From: a bacterium | GTDB taxonomy: Bacteria; JADJOY01 | Length of the DNA stretch: 64,000 nucleotides | NCBI GenBank assembly: GCA_046331705.1 | Contig: JAXLQJ010000002.1 | Coordinates: forward strand, 204,370-268,369 | Direction of reading: 5' to 3' | Shown: piece after piece, positions 10,131-23,026 of the stretch | Numbering within the stretch: the first letter of the stretch is position 1 | How the letters are laid out: every line of letters begins with the position of its first letter | Translations under genes and position numbers: made by a program | The notes under the pieces: generated by a model | Database searches by the model: none | What the model was told of the DNA's origin: nothing | Seen by the model: the letters and a program-made list of their open reading frames with translations, nothing else

Positions 10131-11240
10131 TCAGTAGGTGATCACCGAGCGGATCGACTCGCCGAGGTGCATGAGGTCGAAGGCGCGGTTGATGTCGTCG
10201 AGCGGCAAACGGTGGGTGATCATCGGATCGATCTCGATCCGCTTTTCCATGTACCAGTCGACGATCTTCGGCACGTCGGTTCGCCCCCTGGCGCCGCCGA
10301 ACGCCGTGCCCCGCCACACCCGTCCGGTGACGAGCTGGAACGGTCGTGTCGAGATCTCCTCACCGGAAGCCGCGACCCCGATGATGACGCTCTCGCCCCA
10401 GCCCTTGTGGCAGCACTCGAGGGCCTGACGCATCGTCTTGGTGTTGCCGATGCATTCGAAGCTGTAGTCGGCGCCACCCTTGGTGAGGCTCACGAGGTAC
10501 GGCACCAGGTCGCCGCCCACCTCGCTCGGGTTCACGAAGTCGGTCATGCCGAAGCGCTCGCCGAGCGACTTCTTGGCGGGGTTGAGATCCACCCCCACGA
10601 TCTGCCGCGCTCCCACCAGCCTCGCGCCCTGGATCACGTTCAGGCCGATGCCGCCGAGGCCGAACACCACCACGCGCGCGCCGGCCTCCACCTTGGCGGT
10701 GTGGATCACCGCACCGATGCCGGTGGTGACGCCGCAGCCGATGTAGCAGACGGTGTCGAAGGGCGCGTCCTCGCGGATCTTCGCCACGGCGATCTCCGGC
10801 AGCACCGTGTGGTTCGCGAACGTCGACGTCCCCATGTAGTGATGGATCGTCTTGCCGGCGAGCGAGAAGCGGCTGGTGCCGTCCGGCATCACGCCTCTGC
10901 CCTGCGTCTCTCGGATCGCCTGGCAGAGGTTGGTCTTGCCGCTCAGGCAGTACTCGCAGGCGCGACACTCGGGCGTGTAGAGCGGGATCACGTGATCGCC
11001 CGGTCTCACGCTGCGGACGTCCTTCCCCACCTCCACCACCACGCCCGCGCCTTCGTGGCCCAGGATCGAAGGGAAGATCCCTTCCGAGTCCTTGCCCGAG
11101 AGCGTGTAGGCGTCGGTGTGACAGACGCCGGTGGCCTTGAGCTCGATCAGCACTTCGTTGGCGCGCGGGCCCAGAAGCTCGACGCTGTCGACGACGAGTG
11201 GCTTCCCGGGTTCGAACGCGATCGCGGCACGTGTCTTCAT
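10131..11240 (-). CDS. frmA: S-(hydroxymethyl)glutathione dehydrogenase / class III alcohol dehydrogenase
   Basis: GVCHTD, GHEGAG, PLYTPECRACEYC structural zinc site, GLGGIG, ISTRPFQLVTGRVW. Confidence 0.95.
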   Translation of the reverse strand: MKTRAAIAFEPGKPLVVDSVELLGPRANEVLIELKATGVCHTDAYTLSGKDSEGIFPSILGHEGAGVVVEVGKDVRSVRPGDHVIPLYTPECRACEYCLSGKTNLCQAIRETQGRGVMPDGTSRFSLAGKTIHHYMGTSTFANHTVLPEIAVAKIREDAPFDTVCYIGCGVTTGIGAVIHTAKVEAGARVVVFGLGGIGLNVIQGARLVGARQIVGVDLNPAKKSLGERFGMTDFVNPSEVGGDLVPYLVSLTKGGADYSFECIGNTKTMRQALECCHKGWGESVIIGVAASGEEISTRPFQLVTGRVWRGTAFGGARGRTDVPKIVDWYMEKRIEIDPMITHRLPLDDINRAFDLMHLGESIRSVITY

Positions 11241-11610
11241 GGACGGTCCCTCCTCCCAGCGCGACCAAGGCTTATCACGCCCGCGCCATGGCGCGGGCTC
11301 GGCGGCGTCCGTGCGCGACGACGAACCGTCGACGCGCGAGCGCCACGCCGGCCGCGAAGACGCCGCCGGCGCCCGGACCGATGCGCAGCATGAGCGTTTC
11401 GCTCGGGAGTGGCGCGGGCAAGACGCGGATCGCGCGTCCGCCGCGCGAGGGCGCCGAGTCCACCGCCAGAGCGCCTGAGCTTCTCCGGTGCCCGGGCGAA
11501 GCCGTTGCGGCGCGATCGTGGACGATGGTACGACGAATCATCGAATCGTAATATCCCTGCCTCACAATCGACCCAACGATATCCGCGAACGCGATCCGGA
11601 CCGGCTGCCG

Positions 11611-11627
11611 TATTCGTATTACGAATA
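11611..11627. promoter_or_regulatory. Perfect palindrome TATTCGTA-T-TACGAATA in an AT-rich promoter region
   Basis: Exact 8-bp inverted repeat 30 bp upstream of the TonB receptor ATG. Confidence 0.6.
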
Positions 11628-11657
11628 TTACTTGCGTATGAACATTGAGACATCACG

Positions 11658-13808
11658 ATGAGCACTCGACGACGCCGACTCTTCTGGCCGACTGGCAGCA
11701 CCGGGCCGACGCCGATCGTCGCGATCGCGGCGTTGGTCTTCGCCACCCGCGCAGGCGCCGAAGGCGGCGTGCCTGCGACTGCGAGAAGCCAGCGTCCGCA
11801 GCTACTGCTGGCCGTGGCGGATTCGCCAGCCCTCACCGAGACCGAAGAGGTCGAGGTGGTGGGTCGCGGCGAGAACCTGGTGGGGGTGGCCGGTGCGGCT
11901 TCGGAGGGGCGCGTCGGCCAAGACCAGATCGAGGATCGCCCGTTCCTTCGCCCCGGCGAGACGCTGGAGGTGGTGCCGGGGCTGATCGCCACACAGCACA
12001 GCGGCACCGGCAAGGCGAGTCAGTGGTTCCTGCGTGGCTTCAACCTCGACCACGGCACCGACTTTGGGCTCACCGTGGAGGGCGTGCCCATCAACCTGCC
12101 CACGCACGCGCACGGGCAGGGCTATCTCGACGTCAACTTCCTGATCCCCGAGCTCATCGAAGTGATTCGGTTCGAGAAGGGGCCGTATCACGCCGATGTC
12201 GGTGATTTCTCGTCCGCGGGCATGGCGCAGCTCCAAACGATGAACGCACTTCCTCATGGTCTCGTGAGCGCCGGAATCGGTCAGGACGACTACTGGCGCG
12301 GTCTGCTCGCGGATTCACCGAAGCTCGGCGAGGGTCATCTGCTCTACGCGATCGAGGCGCAGTATTACGACGGACCGTGGGAGGACCCCGAGAACCTCGC
12401 CAAGTTCAACGGTGAGCTGAAATACACGCTCGGCAATCGCACGGACGGGCTCTCGATCTCGGCGTTCGGCTACAGCGCCGAATGGGACTCGACGGATCAG
12501 ATCCCGCGCAGGGCAGTCCAGGAAGGGCTCATCTCTCGGCTCGGCACGCTGGACCCCACCGACGGCGGCAAGACGCTGCGCGCGATCCTCGCGGTGAACG
12601 GCTGGCGCGGCGAGGAAGATCGCTCTCGCTTCACGGCGTACGTGAGCTACTACCGGCTCAACCTGTTCTCGAACTTCACGTACTTCCTCGACGATCCCGT
12701 GAACGGCGATCAGTTCGAGCAGGCCGACCGGCGCATCATCGCCGGCGGCCAGGCGAGCCAGGACCTGAAGGTCGATCTCGGCGGCTTTGCCCTGAACAAC
12801 ACCTTCGGGCTCCAGCTCCGCAGCGACTTCATCCCCCAGGTCGGGCTCTACCACACGCAGGCGCAAGAGCGCCTGGAGCGAATCCGCGACGACAACGTCA
12901 ACGAAACCAGCCTCGGCCTCTACGCCAAGAGCGAGACGCCCTGGACCGACTGGTTCCGCTCGATCGTCGGTTTGCGCAGCGACGTCTACTACTTCTCGGT
13001 GGCGAGCAGCATCCCGGAGAACTCCGGCAACGAATGGGACGGCCTCGCGAGCCCCAAGCTCGGGCTCGTCTTCGGCCCGTGGGCCGACACCGAGATCTAC
13101 GCCAACGCGGGCCTCGGCTTCCACTCGAACGACGCGCGCGGCACCACCATCCGCGTCGACCCCAAGACGGGCGAGCCGGCGAGCCCGGTCGACCCGCTGG
13201 TGCGCACCAAAGGCGCCGAGATCGGTGCCCGCACCGCGCTTCTGCATGGGCTGCAATCGACCGTCGCTCTGTGGTGGCTCGACGTGGATTCGGAGATTCT
13301 GTTCGTCGGCGACGCGGGCACCACGGAGCCGAGCCGCCCCAGTCGCCGCTACGGCCTCGAGCTCGCGAACTACTGGAAGCCGGTCGAGTGGCTGGCGCTC
13401 GATGCCGACGCCTCGCTCTCGCACGCCGCGTTTCGCGACTCCGACCCGGCCGGCGACCACATTCCTGGCGCGGTGGAGGTGGTGGTGAGCGCGGGCGCGG
13501 CGCTCGACTTACCCCATGGCCTCAGCGCCAGCTTGCGCACCCGCTACTTCGGGCCGCGTGCGCTGATCGAGGACGACTCGGTGCGGTCGGAATCGACGTT
13601 GCTCACCAACCTGCGCGCCGGGTGGACCTACGACAACCTCGGACTGCACCTCGACGTGCTCAATCTCTTCGACTCGACCAGCCACGACATCGACTATTTC
13701 TTCCCGTCGCGCATCTCCCTCGACGAGCCCGCGGAGGGCGTCGACGATCTCCATTTCCACCCGGCGGAGCCGCGCGAGATTCGGGGGTATGTGACGTATC
13801 GGTTCTGA
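11658..13808 (+). CDS. TonB-dependent receptor (metal-uptake type, possibly Ni/Co)
   Basis: QHSGTGKASQWFLRGFNLDHGTDF and THAHGQGYLD plug motifs, C-terminal HFHPAEPR...YRF. Confidence 0.88.
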   Translation: MSTRRRRLFWPTGSTGPTPIVAIAALVFATRAGAEGGVPATARSQRPQLLLAVADSPALTETEEVEVVGRGENLVGVAGAASEGRVGQDQIEDRPFLRPGETLEVVPGLIATQHSGTGKASQWFLRGFNLDHGTDFGLTVEGVPINLPTHAHGQGYLDVNFLIPELIEVIRFEKGPYHADVGDFSSAGMAQLQTMNALPHGLVSAGIGQDDYWRGLLADSPKLGEGHLLYAIEAQYYDGPWEDPENLAKFNGELKYTLGNRTDGLSISAFGYSAEWDSTDQIPRRAVQEGLISRLGTLDPTDGGKTLRAILAVNGWRGEEDRSRFTAYVSYYRLNLFSNFTYFLDDPVNGDQFEQADRRIIAGGQASQDLKVDLGGFALNNTFGLQLRSDFIPQVGLYHTQAQERLERIRDDNVNETSLGLYAKSETPWTDWFRSIVGLRSDVYYFSVASSIPENSGNEWDGLASPKLGLVFGPWADTEIYANAGLGFHSNDARGTTIRVDPKTGEPASPVDPLVRTKGAEIGARTALLHGLQSTVALWWLDVDSEILFVGDAGTTEPSRPSRRYGLELANYWKPVEWLALDADASLSHAAFRDSDPAGDHIPGAVEVVVSAGAALDLPHGLSASLRTRYFGPRALIEDDSVRSESTLLTNLRAGWTYDNLGLHLDVLNLFDSTSHDIDYFFPSRISLDEPAEGVDDLHFHPAEPREIRGYVTYRF

Positions 13809-13905
13809 CCCGCTCGTCACCGCCGTGATGCACGCCTGCTTCCAACGCGACACGCTTTCTCGCTAAGGTCGCGCGACCTCTCGATCGTCGCGCCACGAGA
13901 ACCGC

Positions 13906-15372
13906 ATGAACCCACGCACGCTCTTCGATCACCTCGTCCGCAACTACGCGCTGAGCCGCCGCGAGGCGCTGCGCGAGGTCGTGAAACTCGCCGGTCTCGC
14001 CGCGGCAGCGCCGCTGCTGGACGCGTGCGGCGACGGCTCGCCCGCGCTCACCGCCGCCGACCTCGCGCCCGAGGACGTCCCCATCGACCACGTCGTCTTC
14101 GTGATGATGGAGAACCGCACCTTCGACCACTACTTCGGCAGCTTGAGCCTCGTCGAGGGACGCAGCGCCGTCGACGGGCTCACGGGCACCGAGTCGAACG
14201 CGCTTCCCGACGGCACGCCGGTCGCGCCGTTTCGGCTCACCGATCTGTGCGTGGCGGACCCGCCGCACGGCTGGTCGTCGAGCCGCAACGAATTCGCGGA
14301 TGGCGCCAACTCCGGCTTCGTCACCGAGCACTTCGAGGACGTCCAGGACCCCACGGTCGCGTCGCAGGTCATGGGCTATCACGATCGAGCGCTGCTGCCC
14401 TTCTACTATGGCCTCGCCGACGAGTTCACGCTCTGCCAGCGCTGGTTCGCGTCGGTCATGGGCCCCACGTGGCCCAATCGGTACTACTTCCACACCGCGC
14501 AGTCGGCCGGGCTCAAGTCGAACGATCTGCTGCCGTACGCGATCCCGACGATCTACGACCTGCTCGATGCTGCCGGTATCTCGTGGCGCTACTACTTCAC
14601 CGATCTGCCGTTCGTGGCGCTGCTCGCGCTGAGGAACGACTCGGCGAACGGCCTGCGCATCGACTTCCAGAGGATCCAGCAATACGGCCGGAACATCGTG
14701 CCGGTCGCTCGCTTCGCGGAGGACGCCGCCCAAGGCAATCTCCCCCAGGTATCCATCGTCGATCCGTCCTTCGCTCTCGCCGACGACCATCCGCCCCACC
14801 ACGTCCAGCTCGGGCAGGGCTTCGTGTCGAGCCTCTACCACTCCCTCGCCGCGAGCCCGCAATGGGAGCGCAGCCTGATGCTCCTCACGTACGACGAGCA
14901 CGGCGGTTTCTTCGACCACGTGCCGCCCCCCAAGGCCGCCGACGAGCGCGCCGGCGACGGCTTCGATCAGCTCGGCTTCCGCGTGCCGTCGCTGGCGATC
15001 GGCCCCTGGGTGAAACGCGGCCAGACCTCCAACGAGATCCTCGACCACACCAGCCCGCTCGCGTTCCTCGAGTGGCGCTGGGGCTTGCCGTCACTCACCC
15101 AGCGCGACGCCGCCGCCAATCGGCTCCTCGACGTCCTGGACCTCTCGCGAATCGCCACGCGCAAACCGCGCGCGGCACCTACGCTGCCCGAGGTCGTCGT
15201 GGACAAGAGCCAGTTCCGCGCCTACTGCGTCACCGGCAACCTCACGGATCTGGAGATCGCGGCGAATCGCGGCTGGATCCCGCCCCAATGGGATCTCCGT
15301 GCCGACGTCGAGCGAACCGTCGAGACCATGATTCGCGGCCTCGCCCTTCACGGCGCGGGCGGTATGCGGTAA
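13906..15372 (+). CDS. Phospholipase C / phosphoesterase family, Tat-exported lipoprotein
   Basis: SRREALR twin-Arg and LDAC lipobox; MMENRTFDHYFG, GPTWPNR, DDHPP, TYDEHGGFFDHVPPP, GFRVP, DHTS motifs. Confidence 0.92.
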   Translation: MNPRTLFDHLVRNYALSRREALREVVKLAGLAAAAPLLDACGDGSPALTAADLAPEDVPIDHVVFVMMENRTFDHYFGSLSLVEGRSAVDGLTGTESNALPDGTPVAPFRLTDLCVADPPHGWSSSRNEFADGANSGFVTEHFEDVQDPTVASQVMGYHDRALLPFYYGLADEFTLCQRWFASVMGPTWPNRYYFHTAQSAGLKSNDLLPYAIPTIYDLLDAAGISWRYYFTDLPFVALLALRNDSANGLRIDFQRIQQYGRNIVPVARFAEDAAQGNLPQVSIVDPSFALADDHPPHHVQLGQGFVSSLYHSLAASPQWERSLMLLTYDEHGGFFDHVPPPKAADERAGDGFDQLGFRVPSLAIGPWVKRGQTSNEILDHTSPLAFLEWRWGLPSLTQRDAAANRLLDVLDLSRIATRKPRAAPTLPEVVVDKSQFRAYCVTGNLTDLEIAANRGWIPPQWDLRADVERTVETMIRGLALHGAGGMR

Positions 15373-15503
15373 CCGCCCGACGCGGCGGATGGCGGGCGGC
15401 GGACGCCGCCCGCCTCGTGTCCCACACCAAGGCTCCGCGCGCGGGCGCCCCGCGCGCGGCGACGCACACCCATTCGCGCAATCAGCTCAAGAATCTCGCC
15501 CCG

Positions 15504-16700
15504 ATGCCGACCTCAAAGGAGGTATCTCGGCAGGAGCTCGCCTTGAGCAACGCGTCCACCGCCCGAATTCGCCGCGCCGGCGCGAGCAGCGGCTCGCCCG
15601 ACGTCCTGACGCGCGAGCTGGCCGCGGCGCTCGACGACGCGGGGGCCGCGTGCACGATGGTGTTCGCGTCCCCCGATCTCGACCGCGAGGTGCTCGCGAA
15701 CGCGTTTCGCGCACATCTGCGAGCCGATCGCGTGATCGGTTGCACCACGGCTGGCGAGATCGGGCCCGGCGGTCTCGGCGCCGGCGGCCTCGTGGGCTTC
15801 ACCTTGCCCGCATCGGATTTCCGCGTGGTGCACGCGTGCATCCCGAACGTCCGCGCGCTCCGATTCGCCGACGGCGAGGCGCTGGTTCGCGAGCTGCGCG
15901 ATCGTCTCGCCGCTGGCGGCGTGACTCCAACCGGCCGCAACACCTTCGCGGTGTTGCTCATCGACGGCCTCTCCGCCCGCGAGGAAGTCGTGGTGAGCGC
16001 CACCAGCAGCGCCTTGCGGGACATTCCGCTCGCCGGGGGCTCGGCGGGCGACGGGCTGCGCTTCCACGAAGCGGCGGTCTACGCCGATGGCGCGTTTCGC
16101 TCCGGAAGCGCGGTGGTGGCGCTGGTGCAGACGGATCGCCCCTTCGTGCCGCTCAAGATCGAGCACTTCGTTCCGGGTGCCGTCAAGATGGTGGTCACGG
16201 AGGCCGATCCCAGCCAGCGCATCGTCCGCGAGATCAACGGGGAGCCGGCCGCGGAGGAATACGCGCGGCTCGTGGGCCTCGAGCCTGGGAACCTCACCGC
16301 GATGGCGTTCGCGACCCATCCGGTGGTGGTGCAGGTGGGCGGACGCACCTACGTCCGCTCCATCCAGAAGGTCAACGACGATGGCAGCCTGACGTTCTTC
16401 TGCGCCATCGACGAAGGCGTGGTGCTCACGCTGGGCGAGAGCGCGGGCTTCGTGGAAAGCCTCGCGACCGGCATGGCGGCGATCGATCGGCAGATCGGAC
16501 CGCCCGAGCTGGTGATCGGCTTCGACTGCATCCTGCGCCGCCTGGAGGTGGAGCGCTGCGATCTCGAGGCGCCGATCTCGCAGCTCTTCGCCGACCACCG
16601 CGTCATCGGCTTCTCCACCTACGGTGAGCAGTTCAACGCGATGCACGTGAACCAGACCTTCACGGGAATCGCGATCGGCGCGCAGCCCGCGCCTCGGTGA
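15504..16700 (+). CDS. FIST-domain protein (NosP-like)
   Basis: [49 protein letters not shown]...HVNQT; start codon approximate. Confidence 0.88.
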   Translation: MPTSKEVSRQELALSNASTARIRRAGASSGSPDVLTRELAAALDDAGAACTMVFASPDLDREVLANAFRAHLRADRVIGCTTAGEIGPGGLGAGGLVGFTLPASDFRVVHACIPNVRALRFADGEALVRELRDRLAAGGVTPTGRNTFAVLLIDGLSAREEVVVSATSSALRDIPLAGGSAGDGLRFHEAAVYADGAFRSGSAVVALVQTDRPFVPLKIEHFVPGAVKMVVTEADPSQRIVREINGEPAAEEYARLVGLEPGNLTAMAFATHPVVVQVGGRTYVRSIQKVNDDGSLTFFCAIDEGVVLTLGESAGFVESLATGMAAIDRQIGPPELVIGFDCILRRLEVERCDLEAPISQLFADHRVIGFSTYGEQFNAMHVNQTFTGIAIGAQPAPR

Positions 16701-16707
16701 GCCGGCG

Positions 16708-18123
<1,416 letters not shown>

Positions 18124-18228
18124 GCCCTGCGCGCCGGCGCGCGGGCCTCGACCTCCACGCGGGCGCGCAGGCGCCGCCGTACGCGGGCACCAACGCGTCG
18201 GGTAGACTCCGCGCGCCCCGCGTCGAGG

Positions 18229-19200
18229 ATGCTCATGCCGCACCGAATCGTTTCGCTCCTGCCGTCGGCCACCGAGATCGTGTGCGCGCTGGGCGCGCGC
18301 GGCGAGCTGGTGGGCGTCTCGCACGAATGCGACCACCCCGGCGACGTGGTGGGGTTGCCGGTGCTCACCAGCCCCAAGTTCGGCAAGCAATCGTCGAGCG
18401 CCGCGATCGACGGCGCGGTCCGCGACGTGGTGCGCGAGGCGCTGGCGGTCTACGACATCGACACCCAGCGCCTCGGCGAGCTCGCCCCCGACGTGATCGT
18501 GACGCAAGACCTCTGCGACGTGTGCGCGGTGTCCATCCAGGACGTGCGCGCCGCCGTCGCGCGGCTCGCGCACCGCGACTCGATCGAGGTCGTGAGCCTG
18601 AGCCCGACCTGCCTCGACGACATCTGGGCCGACGTGCGGCGCACGGCGCAGGCGCTCGGTCGCCGCGCCGACGGCGAACGAGTGGTCGAGCAAGCGCTGG
18701 CGCGCATCGAAGCGGTGCGCGGGCGCGCCGCCCGAGCGGCGGCGGCGAGCGGCACGCGACCCCGCGTGCTCTCGATCGAATGGCTCGAGCCGGTGATGGT
18801 CGGCGGGATGTGGATGCCCGAGCTGATCGACATCGCCGGCGGGACCCCGATGGTCACGCAGCCGCGCGACCATGCGCCCACGCTCTCGCGTGAACGGCTC
18901 GAGGCGCTCGATCCCGAGGTGGTGCTCATCAAGCCGTGCGGCTATCCGCTCGCGGAATCCTTTCGCGAGCTCGCGCTCCTGCCGCGGGTGCTGCCGTGGG
19001 ATCGCTGGAACGCGGTGGCCGCGGGGCGCGTCTACCTCGCCGACGGCAACGCGTACTTCAATCGCCCCGGGCCGCGGATCGTCGATTCCCTCGAGATCCT
19101 CGCGGCCTGCATCGCGCCCGACGCGTTCGCCGACTTCCGCGCCGCCCATGCGCCCGCGGTGCGCCGCATCCGTCGCGACCTCGTGCCCGAGGCCTGGTGA
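18229..19200 (+). CDS. BtuF-like cobalamin/Fe-siderophore binding family protein (no signal peptide evident)
   Basis: RIVSLLPSATEIVCALG, VGVSHECD, TQDLCDVCAV, YFNRPGPRIVDSLE. Confidence 0.85.
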   Translation: MLMPHRIVSLLPSATEIVCALGARGELVGVSHECDHPGDVVGLPVLTSPKFGKQSSSAAIDGAVRDVVREALAVYDIDTQRLGELAPDVIVTQDLCDVCAVSIQDVRAAVARLAHRDSIEVVSLSPTCLDDIWADVRRTAQALGRRADGERVVEQALARIEAVRGRAARAAAASGTRPRVLSIEWLEPVMVGGMWMPELIDIAGGTPMVTQPRDHAPTLSRERLEALDPEVVLIKPCGYPLAESFRELALLPRVLPWDRWNAVAAGRVYLADGNAYFNRPGPRIVDSLEILAACIAPDAFADFRAAHAPAVRRIRRDLVPEAW

Positions 19201-19979
19201 GACGCTTCTGGCCGCGGCTTGCGAGCCAGCCGCCGGGGCCGGTCACCCAGGGCGCCTACGATCGGTTGGCGCGCTTCTACGACTGGTCCGGGGCAGCCGA
19301 TTTCTCCGACGCCTGCCTGACGGCGACGCGCGACGCGCTCGCACGGCTCGCGCACGCGCCGCGCAACTGCCTCGACATCGCGTGCGGCACCGGCACCTTC
19401 GTGATCGAGATGGAGCGTCAGGGGCTCGCCGCGGTGGGCATCGACCGCTCGCACGCGATGTTGCAGGAAGCACGCGCCAAGGCGCACAAGCTGCACTCCC
19501 GGCCGCTGCTCGTCTGCGCGGACATGCGCGACTTCACGCTGCGAGCACGATTCGACCTCGTCACCTGCTTCTACGACGCCCTCAATCACGTCACCGACGC
19601 AGCCGGCGCCGCCGCGGCGATCGGCAACGCCGCGCGCCACCTCGCCCCGGGAGGCATCTACCTCTTCGATACCAACAACGAGCGCATGTTCGAGCGCGTG
19701 TGGTCGGGGCCGCGCGAGACCATCGACGTCGGCACCGGGTTGGTGGAGATCGACTACCGCTACGACCCGGTCCGCGGCTCCGCCGCGGCACAGGTGACGT
19801 TCCGCCGCCGCGGCGAGGCGCCGATCAGCGGCTGGGTTCACGAACGCTGCCACCCGCGCGCCGAGATCGAGGACGCGCTCGGGCGCGCCGGCCTCGAGCT
19901 GGTGTGCCGCGATCCGCACCCCTACTTCCGCGGCAGCGACGCCTCGCTCAAGGATCTGTGGCTGTGTCGGAAGCCGTGA
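19197..19979 (+). CDS. Class I SAM-dependent methyltransferase
   Basis: LDIACGTG motif I, GIDRS, ADMRDF, FDLVTCFYDALNH, LAPGGIYLFD; GTGA overlap with upstream stop. Confidence 0.88.
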   Translation: MRRFWPRLASQPPGPVTQGAYDRLARFYDWSGAADFSDACLTATRDALARLAHAPRNCLDIACGTGTFVIEMERQGLAAVGIDRSHAMLQEARAKAHKLHSRPLLVCADMRDFTLRARFDLVTCFYDALNHVTDAAGAAAAIGNAARHLAPGGIYLFDTNNERMFERVWSGPRETIDVGTGLVEIDYRYDPVRGSAAAQVTFRRRGEAPISGWVHERCHPRAEIEDALGRAGLELVCRDPHPYFRGSDASLKDLWLCRKP

Positions 19980-20793
19980 GCGACGCCGCCCGCGCCCTGG
20001 GCCGCTCGCGACTGGCGAGCGCGGCGGCCGCCAGCGCGACCAGCGGCAGCACGTCCGCGAGCCAGGTCACCGCGACGAAGCGTCGCCCGTCGCCCGCGTA
20101 GAAGTAGAGCGGCTCGAACGGGTCCTCCGCGTTGCCGAGCACCAAGACGGGCGACGCGAAGAACGCGAGCGCCAGCGCACCCGTGAGCCAGAGGTTGCGG
20201 ACGCGATCGAACAGGATCCCCAGCGCCAACGCCCGCGCCAGCTCGCGCAGCCAGATCTCCCCGCCGGCGTACGCGTCGTCGATCATGCCCACCCGCGCGA
20301 GCAGCGGCAGCCGATAGAGCGAGGAGAGCACCGCCACCAGCGCGATGGCACGGGCGCGTCCCCAGCGTGCGCGCGCGTCGCCGAGCAGCACTCCACGCCA
20401 CGCCAGCTCGTCGCCGAGCACCACCGCCGCCACGAGCAACGCGGCGCGCCCCACGAAGGCGCGCATCAGGTCCGGCGCGCCACGATCGACGCCGTCCGAG
20501 ATCTCGATCCAGCCCAGTCTCCACCCGACGAAGAGCGGCAGCGCCCAAGCGATCAGCGCCAGCACGAGCCACGAAACCCCGCGCATCAGGCCGCGCGTGG
20601 TGATGCCCACGTCCGCGAGGCGCGCCGGGCGATCGAGCACCAACGCGAGCAGCCCGGCGAGCAAGCCGTAGACCGGCAGGGCCTGCGGATCGTGCTTGCC
20701 CGGCGTGAAGAAGAGATAGGGCGCTTGGGTGGCGAGCACGATCAGCGTGATCGCCACGAAAGGCCGGCGCTCGCTCGTGTCCAGCTCGGTCAT
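19948..20793 (-). CDS. CPBP (CAAX-protease-like) intramembrane protein with degenerate motifs
   Basis: Multi-TM; GDELAWRG resembles EExxxRG; the downstream conserved His residues are not evident. Confidence 0.6.
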   Translation of the reverse strand: MTELDTSERRPFVAITLIVLATQAPYLFFTPGKHDPQALPVYGLLAGLLALVLDRPARLADVGITTRGLMRGVSWLVLALIAWALPLFVGWRLGWIEISDGVDRGAPDLMRAFVGRAALLVAAVVLGDELAWRGVLLGDARARWGRARAIALVAVLSSLYRLPLLARVGMIDDAYAGGEIWLRELARALALGILFDRVRNLWLTGALALAFFASPVLVLGNAEDPFEPLYFYAGDGRRFVAVTWLADVLPLVALAAAALASRERPRARAASLTASDTATDP

Positions 20794-20899
20794 GGTCGCG
20801 GCCCGTCGCGATCGGCGCCATGCGCGCCTCGCGACGGGCCGCCAATCCTACTGCCGATGCGCGTCACGATGCAGCACATCGTGACCGCGGCTCACTCGC

Positions 20900-21244
20900 T
20901 CAATCGTGCCAGCGCTCGACCCAGTGCGCGGGAACCCAGCGACCGCAATCCCAGTAGCCCGCCACCCACACGCGCACCGGCCGCGGGCAGGGCCGCGCGT
21001 AGACCGCGGGTGCCGTGACGTAGACCGGGCGCGAAACGTAGACCGGCGCCGGTACGTAGACGGCAGGCGGCGCGTACACGACCCGGGGGGCGAAGAAGGG
21101 GCGAAACGGCGCGTGAACGCCGATGCTGACGCTGACGCCAGCGTGAGCGGTGCGCGGCGGCGCCGCGGCCAGGATCGCGGCCAGCGCGACCACCGTGAGC
21201 GAGAAGCGTTTCCAGCGACGAACCGAGATGTCCTCGACCTTCAT
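20900..21244 (-). CDS. Small secreted Pro/Val/Tyr-rich protein with WVxGxW repeats
   Basis: GGAGG RBS, signal peptide ending AHA, GVSVSIG, VYxPxP repeats, WVAGYW/WVPAHW. Confidence 0.75.
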   Translation of the reverse strand: MKVEDISVRRWKRFSLTVVALAAILAAAPPRTAHAGVSVSIGVHAPFRPFFAPRVVYAPPAVYVPAPVYVSRPVYVTAPAVYARPCPRPVRVWVAGYWDCGRWVPAHWVERWHD

Positions 21245-21303
21245 GGTGAATCCTCCGCGAGCAACCACGCGAACGAGAACGCGCGCGTTGCGGGCGAGAG
21301 GAC

Positions 21304-21319
21304 TCCACGAATCGTGCCA
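21304..21319 (-). promoter_or_regulatory. Probable sigma-54 promoter (variant -12)
   Basis: Minus strand TGGCACGATTCGTGGA: perfect -24 box, GG instead of GC at -12. Confidence 0.55.
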
Positions 21320-21410
21320 GCTCCGCCGGGCGCCACCGATCGCTCGAAGCGGGGCTTTTTCGCGCATTTCCGCGGCAGCCGGCGTCGCGCCCGTGACGCG
21401 GCGGGGGCGC

Positions 21411-21429
21411 GTGTCAAGTGTGTTTACAC
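21411..21429. promoter_or_regulatory. Enhancer-like palindrome GTGTAA-N7-TGACAC (minus-strand reading)
   Basis: Plus strand GTGTCA-AGTGTGT-TTACAC; same half-sites as 25017-25035. Confidence 0.6.
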
Positions 21430-21514
21430 GCCGTGCTCGCGCGCGGTGCCCGGCGCACGACGGCTTGGCCGCCGCCGGAGCGTGGTGCGAGCGTCGGACC
21501 TCGGCGAGGCTGGC

Positions 21515-23022
<1,508 letters not shown>

Positions 23023-23026
<4 letters not shown>

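Noticed and set aside
11241-11657. Cobalamin riboswitch upstream of the TonB receptor
   Set aside because: No B12-box or GGGAA/ACTG core motifs found by eye
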